A stretch of 57,839 nt of DNA from an uncultured virus (IMG/VR IMGVR_UViG_3300046804_004946). Its lineage: Duplodnaviria > Heunggongvirae > Uroviricota > Caudoviricetes. A program made the translations under genes and the position numbers. Position 1 is the stretch's first letter. Every line of letters begins with the position of its first letter. Below are positions 1 to 9,660 of the stretch, in pieces. The stretch spans positions 62,001-119,839 of IMG/VR virus record IMGVR_UViG_3300046804_004946. The stretch is one strand, 5' to 3'. The notes beneath the pieces were generated by a model. The model saw only the letters and a list, made by a program, of their open reading frames with translations, was not told the origin of the DNA and made no database searches.

Positions 1-366
1 AATTATTCTTATGATTATTTGATGGATGCAAATATGGGTGTTTTTATGTATCTTGATCCTCCTTATGACATTAAGGATAATCTCTATGGCAGAAAAGGAT
101 CAATGCACAAAGGATTTGATCACGATAAGTTTGCTGCTGATTGCGATGCTAATAACATGGATCAATTAGTGAGTTATAATTCTGATCAACTTGTCAAAGA
201 TCGCTTTAAGAACTGGAATGCTGCGGAGTTTGATTTGACTTATACGATGCGTTCAGTTGGTGAATATATGCGAGATCAAAAAACACGTAAAGAACTACTG
301 CTTTTTAATTATGGAATTGAAGGACTGGTTAAACTCGATCAATCAAACGAAACAGAATCTGATTGA
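1..366 (+). CDS. dam: DNA adenine methyltransferase, C-terminal part (5' truncated by window)
   Basis: YLDPPY catalytic motif and C-terminal ELLLFNY. Frame is open from base 1. Lies next to gp62 as in T4-like cyanophages. Confidence 0.9.
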   Translation, partial: NYSYDYLMDANMGVFMYLDPPYDIKDNLYGRKGSMHKGFDHDKFAADCDANNMDQLVSYNSDQLVKDRFKNWNAAEFDLTYTMRSVGEYMRDQKTRKELLLFNYGIEGLVKLDQSNETESD

Positions 367-691
367 AGAAGATCCTTCACTTGAGAAGGAATATGCACCT
401 TATATTATCAATCGTTGTTTGTCTGGACATGTTGATTGCATTATGTTTGCGAATGAAATGAACCGATATCATTTTCTTCCAAAGAAGATGCAATATGAGT
501 TTTTTATAAATAGTCTGAGGAAAAAGAAGAGATTTTCTCCCTGGCTCCGACAAGATAAAATCAAAGATCTTGATTATGTCAAACGTTATTATGGGTATAG
601 TAATGAGAAGGCAAAACAAGCTTTGAGGATTCTTACTACAGAACAACTTAATTTTATTAAATCAAAATTTGAAACTGGAGGAACAAAATGA
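311..691 (+). CDS. gp62: Clamp loader small subunit
   Basis: MELKDWLNSIN...YAPYIINRCLS...LRKKKRFSPW; directly upstream of regA. ATG at 311 preferred over the ORF-track start. Confidence 0.9.
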   Translation: MELKDWLNSINQTKQNLIEEDPSLEKEYAPYIINRCLSGHVDCIMFANEMNRYHFLPKKMQYEFFINSLRKKKRFSPWLRQDKIKDLDYVKRYYGYSNEKAKQALRILTTEQLNFIKSKFETGGTK

Positions 692-1128
692 GTGTCGTTC
701 AAGAACCTGAAGTGAAGTGGACGCCAAATCAAATGGTTGAAGTGGTTCTTAATGAACCTGATGACTTTTTGAAAGTGCGTGAAACTTTGACTCGTATCGG
801 AGTCGCTTCAAGAAAGGAAAAGAAAATCTACCAATCTTGCCATATTTTACATAAGCAAGGTAGATATTATCTAGTTCATTTTAAAGAACTGTTTGCCCTG
901 GATGGCAAACATGCAAACCTTACTGTAAATGATGTTCAGCGTCGCAATCGTATTGCCCAACTTCTTGCGGATTGGGGTCTAATTACAATTGTAGATCTTG
1001 AAAAAATTCAAGATATTGCACCATTAAATCAAATTAAAGTTCTTTCTTATAAAGATAAGGGAGAATGGATTTTAGAAACAAAATATAATATTGGATCTAA
1101 AAAGAAAAGGGTAGAAGAAACCGAATGA
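688..1128 (+). CDS. regA: Translational repressor RegA
   Basis: DDFLKVRETLTRIGVAS...CHILHKQGRYYLVHFKELFALDG signature. Confidence 0.97.
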   Translation: MSVVQEPEVKWTPNQMVEVVLNEPDDFLKVRETLTRIGVASRKEKKIYQSCHILHKQGRYYLVHFKELFALDGKHANLTVNDVQRRNRIAQLLADWGLITIVDLEKIQDIAPLNQIKVLSYKDKGEWILETKYNIGSKKKRVEETE

Positions 1129-1135
1129 TTTTGTA

Positions 1136-1159
1136 GGGGGTTCAACACTCCCTTTTTTA
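1136..1159 (+). terminator. Probable intrinsic terminator after regA
   Basis: AGGGGG-TTCAACA-CTCCCT hairpin followed by a T-run. Confidence 0.6.
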
Positions 1160-1235
1160 TTCTTTCTGTTATAATTATATACGGATGCCGAAAGGATCCA
1201 CAAAACACAAACTCGCTTTTTAAGGAGCTACTATA

Positions 1236-1670
1236 ATGACTAACCTCTCAAGGTATACTACTACTGATTTGCCTACTCTTTTAGATAAAATTACTCGTAA
1301 TAGTATTGGAATGGATGAATATTTTGATCGTCTATTCAACCTTCATGAAACTACAACAAATTATCCACCTTACAATCTAGTTCAGGTAAATAATGTAGAA
1401 TCTCGACTAGAGATTGCACTTGCTGGGTTTAAGAAAAAAGAAGTTTATGTTTACACACAAGACGGTAAACTCTTTGTGGAGGGCCAAAAGGAAGATAAAG
1501 AAACGGAGTCCAACTATCTCCACAAGGGTTTGGCTCAACGGAGTTTTAAGAGAGCGTGGACACTCTCTGATGATACGGAAGTACGATCAGTTGATTTTGA
1601 GGATGGGCTTCTAACCGTTGTGCTTGGTAGAATTGTTCCAGAGTATCACAAACGAAAAGATTATCTATAA
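1236..1670 (+). CDS. hsp20: Small heat shock protein Hsp20
   Basis: NYPPYN, LEIALAGF, HKGLAQRSF and DGLL alpha-crystallin motifs; AGGAG Shine-Dalgarno (SD) upstream. Confidence 0.95.
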   Translation: MTNLSRYTTTDLPTLLDKITRNSIGMDEYFDRLFNLHETTTNYPPYNLVQVNNVESRLEIALAGFKKKEVYVYTQDGKLFVEGQKEDKETESNYLHKGLAQRSFKRAWTLSDDTEVRSVDFEDGLLTVVLGRIVPEYHKRKDYL

Positions 1671-1700
1671 ATAAAATTGAATATCGTCGGCGCTATGCCA

Positions 1701-1753
1701 CGGGAGGTAACTGGCAAAATCCAGTTGACACCTCCTTTTTTTCTTGCTAAAAT
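1701..1753 (+). terminator. Terminator hairpin overlapping a sigma70-type promoter
   Basis: GGAGGT-AACTGG...CCAGTT-GAC-ACCTCC plus T-run. TTGACA(1725)-17bp-TAAAAT(1748). Late-promoter motif TATAAATA at 1666-1673. Confidence 0.7.
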
Positions 1754-1776
1754 AGATAGAGGAAACTTTAAAAAAA

Positions 1777-2121
1777 ATGACAGTAAAATTAGTTTTGTTA
1801 AAATCTGGTGAAACCGTGATTGCGGATGTTAAAGAAGTTCACCAGGAAGAAAAACTTTATGGATATTTGTTTACCAATCCCCAAAGAGTTTTTTATGATT
1901 CACCAGTTTTAGTTCCCGAAGAGGAAAAAAATTCAAGTGTTGTAAATGTATCTCTAACCAAATGGATGCTTTTATCTAAAAGTAATCAAATGGTAGTTCC
2001 TTTTGATTGGATTGTTACAATTGTAGATCCAATTGATTCTCTTGCAAAAATGTATGATCCAGAAGGAACTAACAACGAAGACGTGAATGGTCAGGAGACT
2101 GAAGATGGAAGCAACAATTAA
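1777..2121 (+). CDS. Conserved cyanophage hypothetical protein (Sm-like small beta protein)
   Basis: MTVKLVLLKSGETVIADVKE family found between hsp20 and gp43. Confidence 0.75.
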   Translation: MTVKLVLLKSGETVIADVKEVHQEEKLYGYLFTNPQRVFYDSPVLVPEEEKNSSVVNVSLTKWMLLSKSNQMVVPFDWIVTIVDPIDSLAKMYDPEGTNNEDVNGQETEDGSNN

Positions 2122-2374
2122 GACGATTGTATTTAAAAATGGTACAATAGTTATATCTCAAATTGAAGAAGTTGAATCAGAATTAGGAGATCCAAATTGT
2201 AAACTAATTAAACCTTGTGAAATAAAAAAAGGAATAACAGAAGACGTTTACTTACAAAACTGGTTATGTGACTACACAAAACAAGATGAATTTTTAGTCA
2301 ATTCTGACAGCATCTTAACAATTATCAATCCAAACTCTGATATTATTAAAAAATATATTGATATTATTTCCTGA
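2105..2374 (+). CDS. Conserved cyanophage hypothetical protein
   Basis: ELGDPNCKLIKP motif; translationally coupled to gp43 (TGATG). Confidence 0.75.
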   Translation: MEATIKTIVFKNGTIVISQIEEVESELGDPNCKLIKPCEIKKGITEDVYLQNWLCDYTKQDEFLVNSDSILTIINPNSDIIKKYIDIIS

Positions 2375-4875
2375 TGAGATTTTATACTAACGTTCAAATG
2401 GTCGGGGACAACTTTCTTGTCCGTGGTTATGAAGATGGAAAACATTTCATGACCCGTGAAAAGTTTAACCCGACTCTTTTTGTCCCTTCAAATAATAAAA
2501 CAAAATATAAAACTTTAGGTGGAGAATATGTTGAATCAGTTCAACCTGGTTCCGTGCGTGATTGTAGGGAATTTGTTAAAAAATATGAGAACGTAGAAAA
2601 TTTCAAAATCTTTGGAAATACTCAATATATCTACCAATATATTTCTGACATTTATCCAGAAGAAGAACTTAAGTTTGATATTAACAAGATTAAAGTAACT
2701 ACAATTGATATTGAGGTTGCTTCTGAAAATGGATTTCCTGATGTGGAATCTGCATCGGAAGAAGTTCTTTTGATTACTGTTCAGGATTATTCATCAAAAC
2801 AAATTCGTACTTGGGGAAAAGGACCATTTCAAAATAATCAAAAGAACGTTTCTTATCGTTCATTTTCTAATGAATATAATCTTTTGAATGATTTTATTCA
2901 CTGGTGGATGATTGAAGAAAATATTCCAGAAGTTGTAACTGGATGGAATAGTAAACTGTACGATATTCCATATCTTGTTCGGCGTATTGATCGTGTTCTT
3001 GGTGAAAAATTAATGAAACGATTGTCTCCTTGGGGGTTGGTGACTGAAGATAAGGTTTATATTTCTGGGCGTGAACATCTTTGTTATGATATTGGTGGAA
3101 TCTCACAGTTAGACTATCTTGATCTTTATAAGAAATTTACTTACAAGGCACAAGAATCTTATCGCCTAGATTATATTGCCGAGGTTGAACTTAAGCAAAA
3201 GAAACTGGATCACTCTGAGTTTGATACGTTCAAGGATTTCTATACAAAAGGTTGGCAAAAGTTCGTAGAATATAACATCAAGGACGTGGAACTTGTTGAC
3301 CGTTTGGAAGACAAGATGAAACTAATTGAACTTGCTCTTACGATGGCATATGATGCCAAGGCAAACTATGAGGACGTGTTTTCTCAAGTTCGTATGTGGG
3401 ATACAATCATTTACAATTATCTTAAAAAGAGAAATATTGTGATTCCCCCTAAAGAGCGTTCTGATAAGGATTCCAAGTATGAAGGTGCCTATGTAAAAGA
3501 ACCAATTCCTGGAATGTATGATTGGGTGGTGAGTTTTGACCTTAACTCCCTATATCCACATTTGATTATGCAATATAACATCTCCCCAGAAACTCTGGTT
3601 GAAGAGCGACATCCATCAGTTAATGTTGATAAGATTCTGAATCAGAGCATTAACTTTGAGATGTATAAGGATTATGCGGTATGTGCAAATGGTGCTATGT
3701 ATCGTAAGGATATTCGTGGATTTCTACCAGAACTTATGGAGAAAATCTATAATGAACGTGTGATTTTCAAAAAGAAAATGCTTGAGGCAGAACAAGCATA
3801 CGAAAAGAAAAAGACAAAGGAGTTGGAAAAAGAGATTGCTCGGTGCAATAACATCCAAATGGCACGTAAGATTCAATTAAACTCTGCTTATGGTGCAATT
3901 GGTAATCAGTATTTCCGATACTTTAAGTTGGCGAATGCAGAAGCAATCACTCTTTCTGGGCAGGTTTCAATCAATTGGATTATGAATAAGGTAAATGAAT
4001 ACCTAAACAAAATTCTTAAGAGTGGAGATGTAGATTATGTTATTGCTTCAGATACTGATTCTCTTTACGTTAATATGGGTCCTTTGGTTGAAAGTGTATA
4101 CAAGGGAAGAGAGAAAACTACTCAAGGCGTTGTTTCGTTCCTTGATAAGGTCTGTCGGATGGAATTTGAAAAGTATATTGAAAGTTCTTACCAAGAACTG
4201 GCTGAGTATGTAAATGCTTATGATCAAAAGATGTTCATGAAGCGTGAATGTATTGCTGAACGTGGTATTTGGACTGCGAAGAAGCGATACATCTTGAGTG
4301 TATGGGATAGTGAAGGTGTTCGTTATGAAGAACCTAAACTGAAAATTAAAGGAATTGAAGCAATTAAATCTTCTACTCCTGCTCCCTGTCGCAAGATGTT
4401 AAAAGAATCTTTTAACATTATGATGAGCGGATCCGAAAATGATATGATTGAATTTATTGATAAGTGCCGCGAAGAGTTTAAGAGTCTTCCGCCAGAACAG
4501 ATTGCTTTTCCAAGAACTGCCTCCGATGTTCGTAAGTATTATTCTTCATCTGACATTTATGCTCCTAAAACACCAATTCAAGTTCGCGGAGCACTCCTTT
4601 TTAATTATTATATAAAACAAAAAAAACTTACCAATAAATATTCACTTATTAATAATGGTGAAAAAGTCAAATTTATTTTTCTTAAAAAACCAAACACTAT
4701 TCAGGAAAATGTAATTTCATTCATTCAACAGTTTCCTACTGAACTTGGTCTTGACAAATATATTGACTATGAACTACAATTTGAAAAAGCATTCTTGGAT
4801 CCACTCAAAACAATTTTGAATATTATTGGGTGGAAAGAAGAAAAAACTGTAAACCTTGAACTATTTTTTTCCTAA
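2374..4875 (+). CDS. gp43: Family B DNA polymerase
   Basis: ExoI DIEV; SFDLNSLYP; KIQLNSAYG; ASDTDS. Uninterrupted ORF. Confidence 0.99.
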   Translation: MRFYTNVQMVGDNFLVRGYEDGKHFMTREKFNPTLFVPSNNKTKYKTLGGEYVESVQPGSVRDCREFVKKYENVENFKIFGNTQYIYQYISDIYPEEELKFDINKIKVTTIDIEVASENGFPDVESASEEVLLITVQDYSSKQIRTWGKGPFQNNQKNVSYRSFSNEYNLLNDFIHWWMIEENIPEVVTGWNSKLYDIPYLVRRIDRVLGEKLMKRLSPWGLVTEDKVYISGREHLCYDIGGISQLDYLDLYKKFTYKAQESYRLDYIAEVELKQKKLDHSEFDTFKDFYTKGWQKFVEYNIKDVELVDRLEDKMKLIELALTMAYDAKANYEDVFSQVRMWDTIIYNYLKKRNIVIPPKERSDKDSKYEGAYVKEPIPGMYDWVVSFDLNSLYPHLIMQYNISPETLVEERHPSVNVDKILNQSINFEMYKDYAVCANGAMYRKDIRGFLPELMEKIYNERVIFKKKMLEAEQAYEKKKTKELEKEIARCNNIQMARKIQLNSAYGAIGNQYFRYFKLANAEAITLSGQVSINWIMNKVNEYLNKILKSGDVDYVIASDTDSLYVNMGPLVESVYKGREKTTQGVVSFLDKVCRMEFEKYIESSYQELAEYVNAYDQKMFMKRECIAERGIWTAKKRYILSVWDSEGVRYEEPKLKIKGIEAIKSSTPAPCRKMLKESFNIMMSGSENDMIEFIDKCREEFKSLPPEQIAFPRTASDVRKYYSSSDIYAPKTPIQVRGALLFNYYIKQKKLTNKYSLINNGEKVKFIFLKKPNTIQENVISFIQQFPTELGLDKYIDYELQFEKAFLDPLKTILNIIGWKEEKTVNLELFFS

Positions 4876-4994
4876 TGATTAAAGTCAAATATCAACTTAA
4901 AGAATTTCCAAATACTGTCCTTTTTAAGTTCTTTAAAACTAAAGAACAGGTAGAAATTTTTAAATCTCAATATTCACATTATAAGTTTGAGTGA
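4875..4994 (+). CDS. Small hypothetical protein (39 aa)
   Basis: ATG overlaps the gp43 stop (TAATG); MIKVKYQLKEFPNTVLFKFF... Confidence 0.55.
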   Translation: MIKVKYQLKEFPNTVLFKFFKTKEQVEIFKSQYSHYKFE

Positions 4995-4997
4995 TTT

Positions 4998-5162
4998 ATG
5001 GATTTGCCTATTAATGATAAAGAACTGAATACTATTGTAAAAGCACTTGGTTTTGGTGGAGATGCTGCTCTTTATCATAAACTAAAACTTGTAAAAGAAC
5101 TTAAAGATCAAGGTTTGCCTTATAAAAAAATTCTCCGAGAAGAATATGGGATAGTTGCATGA
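4998..5162 (+). CDS. Small hypothetical protein (54 aa)
   Basis: MDLPINDKELNTIVKALGFGGDAALYHKLK...; read manually. Confidence 0.7.
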   Translation: MDLPINDKELNTIVKALGFGGDAALYHKLKLVKELKDQGLPYKKILREEYGIVA

Positions 5163-5308
5163 TAAAACTTCCTATTAATGAAAAAGAACTAGACATTATT
5201 ATTGAAACAATAAAGTTTTCTAATCCCAAACTTTATAATAAACTTTGGTCTTATAAAATAAACATACTTAAGGTAAAGAAGAATGGATTTTCTAAAGGAT
5301 ATAATTAA
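5159..5308 (+). CDS. Small hypothetical protein (49 aa), paralog of the upstream ORF
   Basis: [30 protein letters not shown]...; ATGA overlap with the previous stop. Confidence 0.6.
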   Translation: MIKLPINEKELDIIIETIKFSNPKLYNKLWSYKINILKVKKNGFSKGYN

Positions 5309-6290
5309 AGAGGTTGGGGGAGAATATGCTTCTCTCGCTTCTGATATAGATGAGACTGAAACTTATGTTGACACAGGTTCGTACATTTTTAATGCACTGG
5401 TTTCAGGTAGCATATTTGGTGGTGTATCTGGGAATAAGATTACTGCTATTGCTGGAGAGTCTTCTACTGGAAAAACTTTTTTCTCTATCGCTGTGGTTAA
5501 GAATTTTCTTGATACTCACCCCGATGGTTATTGTCTCTACTTTGATACTGAAGCTGCCATTACTAAATCACTCTTGGAGTCACGCGGCATCGACACATCT
5601 CGTCTTGTCGTGGTTAATGTTGTCACCGTAGAAGAGTTTCGTGGTAAGGCACTAAAGGCAGTTGATATTTACTTAAAGAAACCTGCAGAAGAACGCAAAC
5701 CCTGTATGTTTGTGTTAGACTCTTTAGGTATGCTTTCAACTGAAAAGGAGATTACTGATGCTCTTAATGATAAGCAAGTTCGTGACATGACTAAATCACA
5801 ACTTGTAAAAGGTGCCTTCCGTATGCTTACACTCAAGTTGGGGCAGGCAAACATTCCTATGATTGTAACTAATCACACCTATGATGTTATTGGTGCTTAT
5901 GTTCCAACAAAAGAAATGGGTGGTGGAAGTGGTTTAAAATATGCTGCTTCTAGCATTATCTATCTTTCCAAGAAAAAGGAAAAAGACGGAACTGAAGTTA
6001 TTGGGAATATTATCAAAGCAAAAACTGCTAAATCACGTTTAAGTAAGGAAAATAAAGATGTTGAAGTACGCCTTTATTACGATCATCGTGGTCTTGATAG
6101 ATATTATGGTCTTCTTGAACTCGGTGAAATTGGCGGACTTTGGAAAAACGTAGCAGGGCGTTACGAAATTGACGGTAAGAAAATCTATGGAAAGCAAATT
6201 CTTGCGAATCCAGAAGATTACTTTACCGAAGAAGTAATGCAAAAACTTGACGAAATTGCAAAACAAGAATTCTCTTATGGAACGAATTGA
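5283..6290 (+). CDS. uvsX: RecA-like recombinase UvsX
   Basis: Walker [26 protein letters not shown]. Confidence 0.97.
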   Translation: MDFLKDIIKEVGGEYASLASDIDETETYVDTGSYIFNALVSGSIFGGVSGNKITAIAGESSTGKTFFSIAVVKNFLDTHPDGYCLYFDTEAAITKSLLESRGIDTSRLVVVNVVTVEEFRGKALKAVDIYLKKPAEERKPCMFVLDSLGMLSTEKEITDALNDKQVRDMTKSQLVKGAFRMLTLKLGQANIPMIVTNHTYDVIGAYVPTKEMGGGSGLKYAASSIIYLSKKKEKDGTEVIGNIIKAKTAKSRLSKENKDVEVRLYYDHRGLDRYYGLLELGEIGGLWKNVAGRYEIDGKKIYGKQILANPEDYFTEEVMQKLDEIAKQEFSYGTN

Positions 6291-7653
6291 AACTACTATT
6301 CTGCGAAACCTTGTATTTAATGAAAATTATTCTAGGAAAGTAATTCCTTTTATTCAACCAAATTATTTTGAACAAAGAACAGAAAAAGTAGTTTTTCAAG
6401 AAGTTGTAAATTTTATCGTTAAATATGGTTCCTCAATTACACTTGAGGCACTTAATATTGAAATTGAAAATCGTACAGATTTATCAGATAGTGAAGTCAA
6501 AGAAATTAGAGAAATTTCTAAATCACTTCACGATTCTATTGTAGATGAAAGATGGTTGCTTGATACTACTGAAAAGTGGTGTCGTGATCGTGCAATCTAT
6601 CTCGCTCTTATGGAATCAATCCATATTGCAGATGGTAATGATGAAAAGAAGAATAGAGATGCTATTCCAAGCATTCTTTCAAATGCTCTAGCAGTATCTT
6701 TTGATAATCATATTGGTCATGATTACTTACAAGATTATGAGGAACGATATGAGTCTTATCACAGAAAAGAAAATCGTATTCCGTTTGATTTGGAATATTT
6801 TAACAAAATTACGAAAGGTGGTCTTCCTAACAAGACTCTTAACATCGCTCTTGCTGGGACAGGTGTTGGTAAGTCTCTTTTCATGTGTCATATGGCTAGC
6901 TCCTGTGTGCTTGACGGACGTAATGTGCTTTACATTACACTGGAGATGGCAGAGGAGAAAATTGCTGAACGTATTGATGCAAACCTTTTAAATGTTCCAA
7001 TTCAACAATTAGTAGAACTTCCTCGCCAGATGTTTGAAAACAAGGTTACAAATCTTGCAAAGAAAACACAAGGAACTCTTATAATTAAAGAATATCCTAC
7101 AGCATCTGCACATAGTGGACACTTTAAATCACTTCTTAATGAACTTGCACTTAAGAAGTCATTTAGACCTGATATTATTTTCATTGATTACCTTAATATT
7201 TGTGCTTCCAGCAGGTATAAGTCAAACCTTTCTGTCAATTCATATTCGTATATTAAAGCAATTGCTGAAGAGTTACGGGGACTTGCAGTTGAGTTCAACG
7301 TACCAATCGTATCTGCTACTCAAACCACTCGTTCAGGTTATGGCAATAGCGATGTTGAACTTACTGATACTAGCGAGTCCTTTGGTCTCCCTGCTACTGC
7401 TGATCTTATGTTTGCCCTTATTAGTACTGAAGAGTTGGAAGGACTTGGGCAGATTATGGTAAAACAACTTAAAAATCGTTATAATGACCCCACAATTTAT
7501 AAACGATTTATTGTTGGTATTGACCGTGCTAAAATGAGACTGTATGATTGTGAGCAAACTGCACAAAAAGATATACTTGACTCTGGACAAGATGAAGAGT
7601 ATAATTATGAAGAACAGAAACCTAAAAAGTCGTTTGAAGGATTTAAATTTTAA
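6277..7653 (+). CDS. gp41: Replicative DNA helicase
   Basis: AGTGVGKS Walker [25 protein letters not shown]. Confidence 0.97.
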   Translation: MERIETTILRNLVFNENYSRKVIPFIQPNYFEQRTEKVVFQEVVNFIVKYGSSITLEALNIEIENRTDLSDSEVKEIREISKSLHDSIVDERWLLDTTEKWCRDRAIYLALMESIHIADGNDEKKNRDAIPSILSNALAVSFDNHIGHDYLQDYEERYESYHRKENRIPFDLEYFNKITKGGLPNKTLNIALAGTGVGKSLFMCHMASSCVLDGRNVLYITLEMAEEKIAERIDANLLNVPIQQLVELPRQMFENKVTNLAKKTQGTLIIKEYPTASAHSGHFKSLLNELALKKSFRPDIIFIDYLNICASSRYKSNLSVNSYSYIKAIAEELRGLAVEFNVPIVSATQTTRSGYGNSDVELTDTSESFGLPATADLMFALISTEELEGLGQIMVKQLKNRYNDPTIYKRFIVGIDRAKMRLYDCEQTAQKDILDSGQDEEYNYEEQKPKKSFEGFKF

Positions 7654-8069
7654 TGGAAACTGCAAAACACGTTGATTTTAATAAGTACGCAGAGTTTGTA
7701 GATGCTGTAACTTCTGATGCATCTAAAGACTTTCTTTCTCTTTCTGATCGCCTAGTTGCTCTTGATGAGAAAGGTGCAAATATTGAACGTCTTCTAACTT
7801 CTGCTGTTGGTATTAATGCCGAAGGTGGTGAGTTTATGGAGATTGTTAAAAAAATGATTTTCCAGGGCAAACCTTTTAATGAAGATAATCGTGAACATTT
7901 GATTATTGAACTTGGTGATATTATGTGGTATGTTGCTCAAGCCTGTATGGCACTTGAAGTAACTCTTGATGATGTAGTTGCTCGTAATGTTCAAAAACTT
8001 CTGAAGCGTTATCCTGAAGGTGCTTTTGATGTTTACTTCTCCGAAAACCGTGCTGCTGACGACCGATGA
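7653..8069 (+). CDS. mazG: MazG nucleotide pyrophosphohydrolase
   Basis: AEGGEFMEIVKK...ELGDIMWY; follows gp41. Confidence 0.95.
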   Translation: METAKHVDFNKYAEFVDAVTSDASKDFLSLSDRLVALDEKGANIERLLTSAVGINAEGGEFMEIVKKMIFQGKPFNEDNREHLIIELGDIMWYVAQACMALEVTLDDVVARNVQKLLKRYPEGAFDVYFSENRAADDR

Positions 8070-8248
8070 CTAAAGAAAAACAAGTAACAATTAAAATGGA
8101 TGTTCGTTCTGCTGCTGCAGTTCGGCAAATTCTTTTTGATGCACAAAAAAGATATACCTATGATGAGGTAAGTGTTCCTCCTAGGATTTCTGATATTCGT
8201 GCTGTAATTTATAATCTAGATTCTGAAATTGAAAAGCAAGTACAATGA
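8066..8248 (+). CDS. Hypothetical protein
   Basis: Coupled ORF after mazG. Confidence 0.7.
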   Translation: MTKEKQVTIKMDVRSAAAVRQILFDAQKRYTYDEVSVPPRISDIRAVIYNLDSEIEKQVQ

Positions 8249-8760
8249 AAATTTACGAAGAAGTTTTATCTGATCGTCTTTTTAATGCCTGTAGGAATGA
8301 TGTTATAGAAAAAACAAAAAAATCGTGTTGGAGATCTAATCATTTTTTTTGGGAAGAGAATATAATGGTTAATGTTGATGGTGTTTGTACTGTGACACCA
8401 TTAGATAATAAACAAATATTAGAAGATCTTAAAATTGAATTAAGTTCAATATTTAAAGAGTTTTCTTATGACGAACTACTATTTCAATATTATATTTGGC
8501 ACCCATATTCCGCAATTTCATCGCACTCTGATGCCAAATATAAATTTGGAGCAACTTTATATTTGAATACTCCTAGTTCTACTAGTGATGGTGGTTTATT
8601 TGTTTGGAAAGATGATGAGTGCCCAGAAAATTTTTTCAAAGCAATTCTTCCAAAACAAAATATGCTAGTTTTAAATGATGAAACTCAAGAACATTTTGTA
8701 ACTCAAGTATCTCCACATTGTGAAGATATGAGATGTACTATTCAAATTTGGGGAAAATAA
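8245..8760 (+). CDS. 2OG-Fe(II) oxygenase family protein
   Basis: HSD...TLYLN...GGLF...H...R pattern. Confidence 0.8.
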   Translation: MKIYEEVLSDRLFNACRNDVIEKTKKSCWRSNHFFWEENIMVNVDGVCTVTPLDNKQILEDLKIELSSIFKEFSYDELLFQYYIWHPYSAISSHSDAKYKFGATLYLNTPSSTSDGGLFVWKDDECPENFFKAILPKQNMLVLNDETQEHFVTQVSPHCEDMRCTIQIWGK

Positions 8761-8784
8761 ATAAATAACCCTTCGGGGTTTACT

Positions 8785-8855
8785 GGGGAATTAGTTAAAC
8801 GGTATAACGGGTGCTTTGCAAGCACTTATTAGGAGTTCGATTCTCCTATTCTCCA
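8785..8855 (+). tRNA. tRNA-Ala(UGC)
   Basis: Acceptor GGGGAAT/ATTCTCC with G3-U70; anticodon loop TT-TGC-AA; T-loop TTCGATT. Confidence 0.93.
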
Positions 8856-8858
8856 TTT

Positions 8859-8931
8859 GCCCGTGTACTCCAACGGTAGAGAGGGTGGACTTAGAATCCA
8901 TACAGTGGAAGTTCAAATCTTCTCACGGGCA
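8859..8931 (+). tRNA. tRNA-Leu(UAG), short variable loop
   Basis: Acceptor GCCCGTG/CACGGGC-A; anticodon arm GTGGA-CTTAGAA-TCCAT; T-loop TTCAAAT; 73 nt. Confidence 0.85.
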
Positions 8932-8955
8932 CTAAATAAAAATAAAAAGTTTGAT

Positions 8956-9186
8956 ATGAATTCAATAATTTCGGACATTATTAATTCATTTGAAACTAAA
9001 TCTAAAACGTCTACAGCAAAATATAAAGATTTTATTACTCACGTTTATAAAACTTTTGACGATAAAATAAAAACTTGCAAGACAGAAAAAATAAAGAATA
9101 AATATAAAAAGATGAGGTTTGGTGTTTTAGAATACATAATGGCAAATGAAAAAGTAATAACCTCTAAAATTTGTAAACATAAGTAA
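8956..9186 (+). CDS. Lys-rich hypothetical protein
   Basis: ATG at 8956; the ORF-track N-terminal extension overlaps the tRNA. Coupled to the next gene. Confidence 0.65.
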   Translation: MNSIISDIINSFETKSKTSTAKYKDFITHVYKTFDDKIKTCKTEKIKNKYKKMRFGVLEYIMANEKVITSKICKHK

Positions 9187-9623
9187 TGAAAAGTTTTTCT
9201 CAATTTTTAGAAGAAGCATCTCTAGCATCTTTTCATGCAAAAAGATTAGGTCTTGTTGGAAATGGGCATGGGGATTGGCATAATAACAAAACAGGAGAAT
9301 TTGAAGCAAAAACTATAGGTGGTAGACTACAGTTTTATAATAAAAGGCAACGGTTTGGGCAGCAAGACCCTAGACAAACATCCAAAGAAAAAAATTTATC
9401 AATAAAAACTTCTCAAAATTCTCCAGTAATTGGTGAACAGGAATTGAGAGAAAAGTATATTAGTGGCGAAATATTTAAAGAGGGTGATTTTGTACAAAGT
9501 TTAATTACTGGGATGACTGGAAAAATAATTCGCAGAGGAACAAATCATTTAATCTGTGTAACTGAAGATAGTGTTATGTTTAAATCATGGATCAAAGATG
9601 TTATTGAAACAACTGGTAATTAA
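9186..9623 (+). CDS. Cyanophage cytidyltransferase-like protein lacking the central catalytic domain
   Basis: N-terminal RLGLVGNGHGDW...FYNKRQ joined to C-terminal LREKYISGEIF...IIRRGTNHLICVTE...FKSWIKDV. No FGRFNPP/HxGH motif. Confidence 0.7.
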   Translation: MKSFSQFLEEASLASFHAKRLGLVGNGHGDWHNNKTGEFEAKTIGGRLQFYNKRQRFGQQDPRQTSKEKNLSIKTSQNSPVIGEQELREKYISGEIFKEGDFVQSLITGMTGKIIRRGTNHLICVTEDSVMFKSWIKDVIETTGN

Positions 9624-9660
9624 TAAATAAGTATAGAAAAAAGTAAATTACAAAAATTCC

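Noticed and set aside
1683..1740. Glutamine (glnA) riboswitch after hsp20
   Set aside because: Starts ATCGT but lacks the GGAAGTA core; better explained as a terminator plus promoter.
8785..8855. Reading this tRNA as Cys(GCA)
   Set aside because: The 7-nt loop centres on TGC, and the G3-U70 pair marks it as Ala.
8857..8955. N-terminal extensions of ORFs 8857..9186 and 24947..25531, and minus ORF 23063..23296
   Set aside because: They overlap tRNA genes. Downstream ATGs (8956, 24998) are better starts, and the minus ORF is probably spurious.
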